A stretch of DNA of 64,000 bases from an uncultured Rickettsiales bacterium. GTDB lineage: Bacteria > Pseudomonadota > Alphaproteobacteria > Rs-D84. A model generated the notes under the pieces. It was given only the letters and a program-made list of their open reading frames with translations, did no database searches and was not told the origin of the DNA. The position numbers and the translations under genes were made by a program. The stretch is from the NCBI GenBank assembly GCA_900550565.1, contig URSG01000003.1, positions 287-64,286 of the forward strand. The letters are read 5' to 3'. The first letter of the stretch is position 1. Each line of letters opens with the position of its first letter. Of this stretch, positions 60,935 to 64,000 are shown in pieces.

Positions 60935-62010
60935 TTTCCGTCCCAGTTGCACAAGTCTAGCAACAAATCATCTAAAATCAACATACCTTTTTCCGTGACG
61001 CAAATTCGGTTGCCGTTATCACAAACCAGTTCTGGATTTGCGCGCAGCCAGTCAGTGTTTATTACGCGCATAACGTCATCGGATTTACGCACACCACGCA
61101 CGGTGCGCAGACCTGTGATAATTTTTTCTGTGGCGCGCGCCGCTGGCGTCAGTGGTTGCATTTGTATATCGTCGCCACCACGCTGTTCATACCAGGTGCC
61201 GTCAATGTATGGTCGCCCGGCCGCACCACGACCAATGCCAACATAGGCGTCGCCGTCCCACACGTTCTGGTTGTGAATGCATTCGTTGCCGGGGGTGGCA
61301 TAATTTGAAACCTCGTACCGGGGCAGGGCCAGCGTCCCTGCGATTGTGCAATACATATCGGCCATCGCGTCGTTTGATGGCATTGCTAAATTCATTTGGC
61401 CAAATGGTGTGTTTTTTTCAATGGTCAATTCATACATTGACACGTGGCCCAGCCCCAAGGCATTTATATCCCGACACATTTGTGCGACGGTGTCCGCATT
61501 ATCCCCAGGGATTCCATATATAAAATCTGCGTTCACACGCAGGCCCATTTTCATTGCCACGTCCAATAATTGCATTGCGTCGCGCACATTGTGCCGTCGC
61601 CCCAAGAATTCCAGTTCTGGGTTATCCAGGCGTTGCACACCCACCGACAGGCGATTTACCCCGGCGTCCATAAATTCGCGCAACCGCGTCGCGTCCAGTG
61701 TTTTTGGATTTGATTCCAATGTGATTTCTGGATTTGGGGCAATGTTAAAATTGTTGCGCAACGCGTTCATAATTCGTGCAAACACGTGCGTTGGCATCAG
61801 TGACGGTGTGCCACCGCCAAAAAATACAGTTGGCACCGCAACGCGCCCCAGGCGCACGCCCCAGAATTGGATTTCGCGCACAATGCCGTCGGCAAATCTG
61901 TCCCAGTCAGGTGCAGTGCATGCAGCCGAAAAAAATGCGCAATATTTGCACTTGGACATACAAAATGGTGTGTGAATATATATATTGTGTGGCATTTCCA
62001 TACGACGCAT
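60931..62010 (-). CDS. hemW: radical SAM heme chaperone HemW / HemN-like
   Basis: CMSKCKYCAF CxxxCxxC cluster near the N-terminus and a HemN-type fold length of 359 aa. Confidence 0.8.
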   Translation of the reverse strand: MRRMEMPHNIYIHTPFCMSKCKYCAFFSAACTAPDWDRFADGIVREIQFWGVRLGRVAVPTVFFGGGTPSLMPTHVFARIMNALRNNFNIAPNPEITLESNPKTLDATRLREFMDAGVNRLSVGVQRLDNPELEFLGRRHNVRDAMQLLDVAMKMGLRVNADFIYGIPGDNADTVAQMCRDINALGLGHVSMYELTIEKNTPFGQMNLAMPSNDAMADMYCTIAGTLALPRYEVSNYATPGNECIHNQNVWDGDAYVGIGRGAAGRPYIDGTWYEQRGGDDIQMQPLTPAARATEKIITGLRTVRGVRKSDDVMRVINTDWLRANPELVCDNGNRICVTEKGMLILDDLLLDLCNWDGK

Positions 62011-62099
62011 TGTATCGCGGTATAAAATCGGCGCAAGTGATAAATGAAATCACTTTCGCAGGGACTGTTTTTATGATATAATAATCCCAAGAAAAAGAA

Positions 62100-63575
62100 A
62101 TGAAGACAGGAATAATAACCTTTTTTACCGGCGTTTTTGCGTCTGTCGCGGCGTTGGCTGCGAACGAGGGCGTGCCGTCGTATTATCAGACATCGTCAAC
62201 TAATGCGAACCAAGTTGGCTATTCCCAGTATCAAAATCAGGGATATACGAAATATGTCGGACAATCTGGCAATAAACAGGTTGTGGGCAGTCGGTCTTAT
62301 TCATACCAGGTTCCGCGTCAAACGGTGGCCCAGCCAACATATTCTGGCACAATGACGGCAAACGGAATTTCTGGGGCGGACACGGCCAAGACGACGATTG
62401 CGCCAACATACGCGCGTCGTTTTGCAAACTTTGAATTTGAAACCGGGGTCAATTCCATTTTGCAATGGGACGATATGGTTTTTAACGAGGTTGGCGTCAC
62501 AGCCCAGCATAATTTCAGCCTGCGCAATTTTGATATGTTTGCGTTTGCCGAATATACATACGGTCGTATGGCGTCGGGCGGTCTGTCTATGGATTATGAC
62601 CTGAAACCATTTAACGAATCCAAACCGACCGAGGGTATATTTACCATTTCTGTTGGTGACCAATCGGGGCGGACAAACCATTTCCGTTTTGGCGTTGGGG
62701 CGCATCATGTGTGGGATATTGGTGGCTGGAAATTATCGCCATCGTTTGGATATGAAATATTCAAACATAATTTGGAAATGTCCGATCACTATTACCCGAA
62801 TCCGGGCGTGTATTTGCCACTGATGACGGACAAGGGTGCGTATGTATATGGTGATGCGGCCGGTAATTATTATTCTGTGCCCATCGGGACCCCGGTTGCA
62901 GATGACTGGTACCAGGTATGTATGTCGCCCGAAGATTTAAAGGTTGTGCCGGCTGGGTCTAATGGGGGAATTTTTTCACTGGGGACATCATTGCCGACGA
63001 TTGATTATGATCCCGCCTGGGGCAATGTTCCATGGGGCGTGGGCAGTGGCGAATGTGTCATTATCGGTGGCGATGGCCCGATTGTAGTAGAGGGCAAAAC
63101 CCACGAATACAACACAACCTGGTCTGGGTTTTATGTCGGAATGGAAGTGGAAAAGCAAATGACACTGTCGGACAAATTGCGCTTTTATGTCCAATTTGGA
63201 TTGCCGAAATATTCGTCCGAAGGAATTTGGCCAAACCGCACAGATTGGCAACAGAACCCCAGTTTCCTGGACGAAGGGTCCAACGGTGCATATTCATACC
63301 AGGCCGAAATGGAATACAATATGCGCGTGTCTGACCGTTTGCAGTTGGTTTTGCGTGCCGATACAAATTATTTCTATGTTGGCAAGATTGGTGGTGAATT
63401 GTATATCGCCGAATATTCTCAGTTCAAAATAGAAAATGGGCAATATGTTCTGGACGACAATGGTAATCCGATAATTGAAACGATTGCGGCACATACTGAA
63501 AAAATCAGTGACCAGTTAAAGCATGCCACGTGGCAATCATTTGGACTGCATCTGGGGCTGAAATACGCATTTTAA
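62100..63575 (+). CDS. outer-membrane beta-barrel protein, unknown family
   Basis: 491 aa. Signal peptide (ASVAALA/AN), aromatic-rich alternating pattern and a C-terminal LGLKYAF ending in Phe. Confidence 0.6.
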   Translation: MKTGIITFFTGVFASVAALAANEGVPSYYQTSSTNANQVGYSQYQNQGYTKYVGQSGNKQVVGSRSYSYQVPRQTVAQPTYSGTMTANGISGADTAKTTIAPTYARRFANFEFETGVNSILQWDDMVFNEVGVTAQHNFSLRNFDMFAFAEYTYGRMASGGLSMDYDLKPFNESKPTEGIFTISVGDQSGRTNHFRFGVGAHHVWDIGGWKLSPSFGYEIFKHNLEMSDHYYPNPGVYLPLMTDKGAYVYGDAAGNYYSVPIGTPVADDWYQVCMSPEDLKVVPAGSNGGIFSLGTSLPTIDYDPAWGNVPWGVGSGECVIIGGDGPIVVEGKTHEYNTTWSGFYVGMEVEKQMTLSDKLRFYVQFGLPKYSSEGIWPNRTDWQQNPSFLDEGSNGAYSYQAEMEYNMRVSDRLQLVLRADTNYFYVGKIGGELYIAEYSQFKIENGQYVLDDNGNPIIETIAAHTEKISDQLKHATWQSFGLHLGLKYAF

Positions 63576-63593
63576 TACAGGGGGAAAACAGAT

Positions 63594-64000
63594 ATGACCC
63601 AACCAAGACTTTTCGCATGCGTGGCGTGCGTGGGGCTGTTGTGTATGTCGCGTTCGGTGGCCGCACCGACCGAATATGTTGTTGCCATTGCGCCAGACGT
63701 GGCGCCTGTGGTTGCCGACCGTGGCGCATTTGATATGGTGCGCTGGGAATCTGTGCTGGACGATATTCGCACGCGTGCGGCGGCACAAAATATATCACGC
63801 GCAACGATTGACGCAACATTGAAAAATCCGGCATTTATTCCAAATATTGTAAAGCGCGACCAGAATCAGTCTGAATTTAAACTGACGATGGACGGATACT
63901 TGGCACGCACCGTTGCGCCATCGCGCGTTGCAATGGGGCATAAAATGGCACATCGTTATCCGACGTTGTTACACCGCGTAGAACAGACCTATGGCGTCCA
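63594..64000 (+). CDS. lytic murein transglycosylase (MltB/SLT_2-like), N-terminal part, continues past window end
   Basis: Signal peptide. The stretch ...GISRATIDATLKNPAFIPNIVKRDQNQSEFKLTMDGYLAR...RYPTLLHRVEQTYGV is typical of the MltB family N-terminal region. Confidence 0.7.
   Translation, partial: MTQPRLFACVACVGLLCMSRSVAAPTEYVVAIAPDVAPVVADRGAFDMVRWESVLDDIRTRAAAQNISRATIDATLKNPAFIPNIVKRDQNQSEFKLTMDGYLARTVAPSRVAMGHKMAHRYPTLLHRVEQTYGV

Overview
The window is mostly core chromosome from what looks like a compact-genome alphaproteobacterium. That assignment is an inference from a GapR/DUF2312 homologue, an ihfA-type IHF, tight gene packing and the tRNA-Trp-secE-nusG-rplKAJL-rpoBC block. Recognisable housekeeping genes are valS, gyrA, rpmH, def-fmt-truA, pyk, recR, rsmA, lspA, yidC, rpmF-plsX, mraZ, hemW and pepO, with four tRNAs (Glu-CUC, Gln-UUG, Trp-CCA, Arg-CCU). 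Accessory content is a MarR-TolC-adaptor-RND efflux operon, ComEC, an M23 peptidase, a PLD lipoprotein, and a PBP5-type carboxypeptidase carrying a SPOR domain. The most interesting locus is an isolated virB8-virB9-virB10 operon (33906..38564, minus strand) between yidC and tRNA-Trp. No T4SS ATPase, VirB6, pilin, VirB7, relaxase or integrase is visible anywhere in the 64 kb. Its VirB9 carries a C-terminal SPOR-like domain, and its VirB10 carries an extra N-terminal module and a roughly 205-aa Cys-rich C-terminal tail. Other non-standard signals are listed below.
- A recurring intergenic module made of tandem AGTGAnnn octamers, facing their inverted copies, lies between convergent terminators at three loci.
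- A family of large Cys-rich secreted coiled-coil proteins occurs at two loci.
- The tRNA-Gln 3' end plus its terminator is duplicated around a 132-nt structured segment.
- Several TATAAT-N6-ATG arrangements suggest leaderless mRNAs.
- mraZ is orphaned from the division cluster.
- A small Cys-rich ORF sits inside the def-fmt-truA operon.
No rRNA, CRISPR array, IS element or prophage was seen. All calls rest on reading the sequence and the translations by eye; no searches were run.
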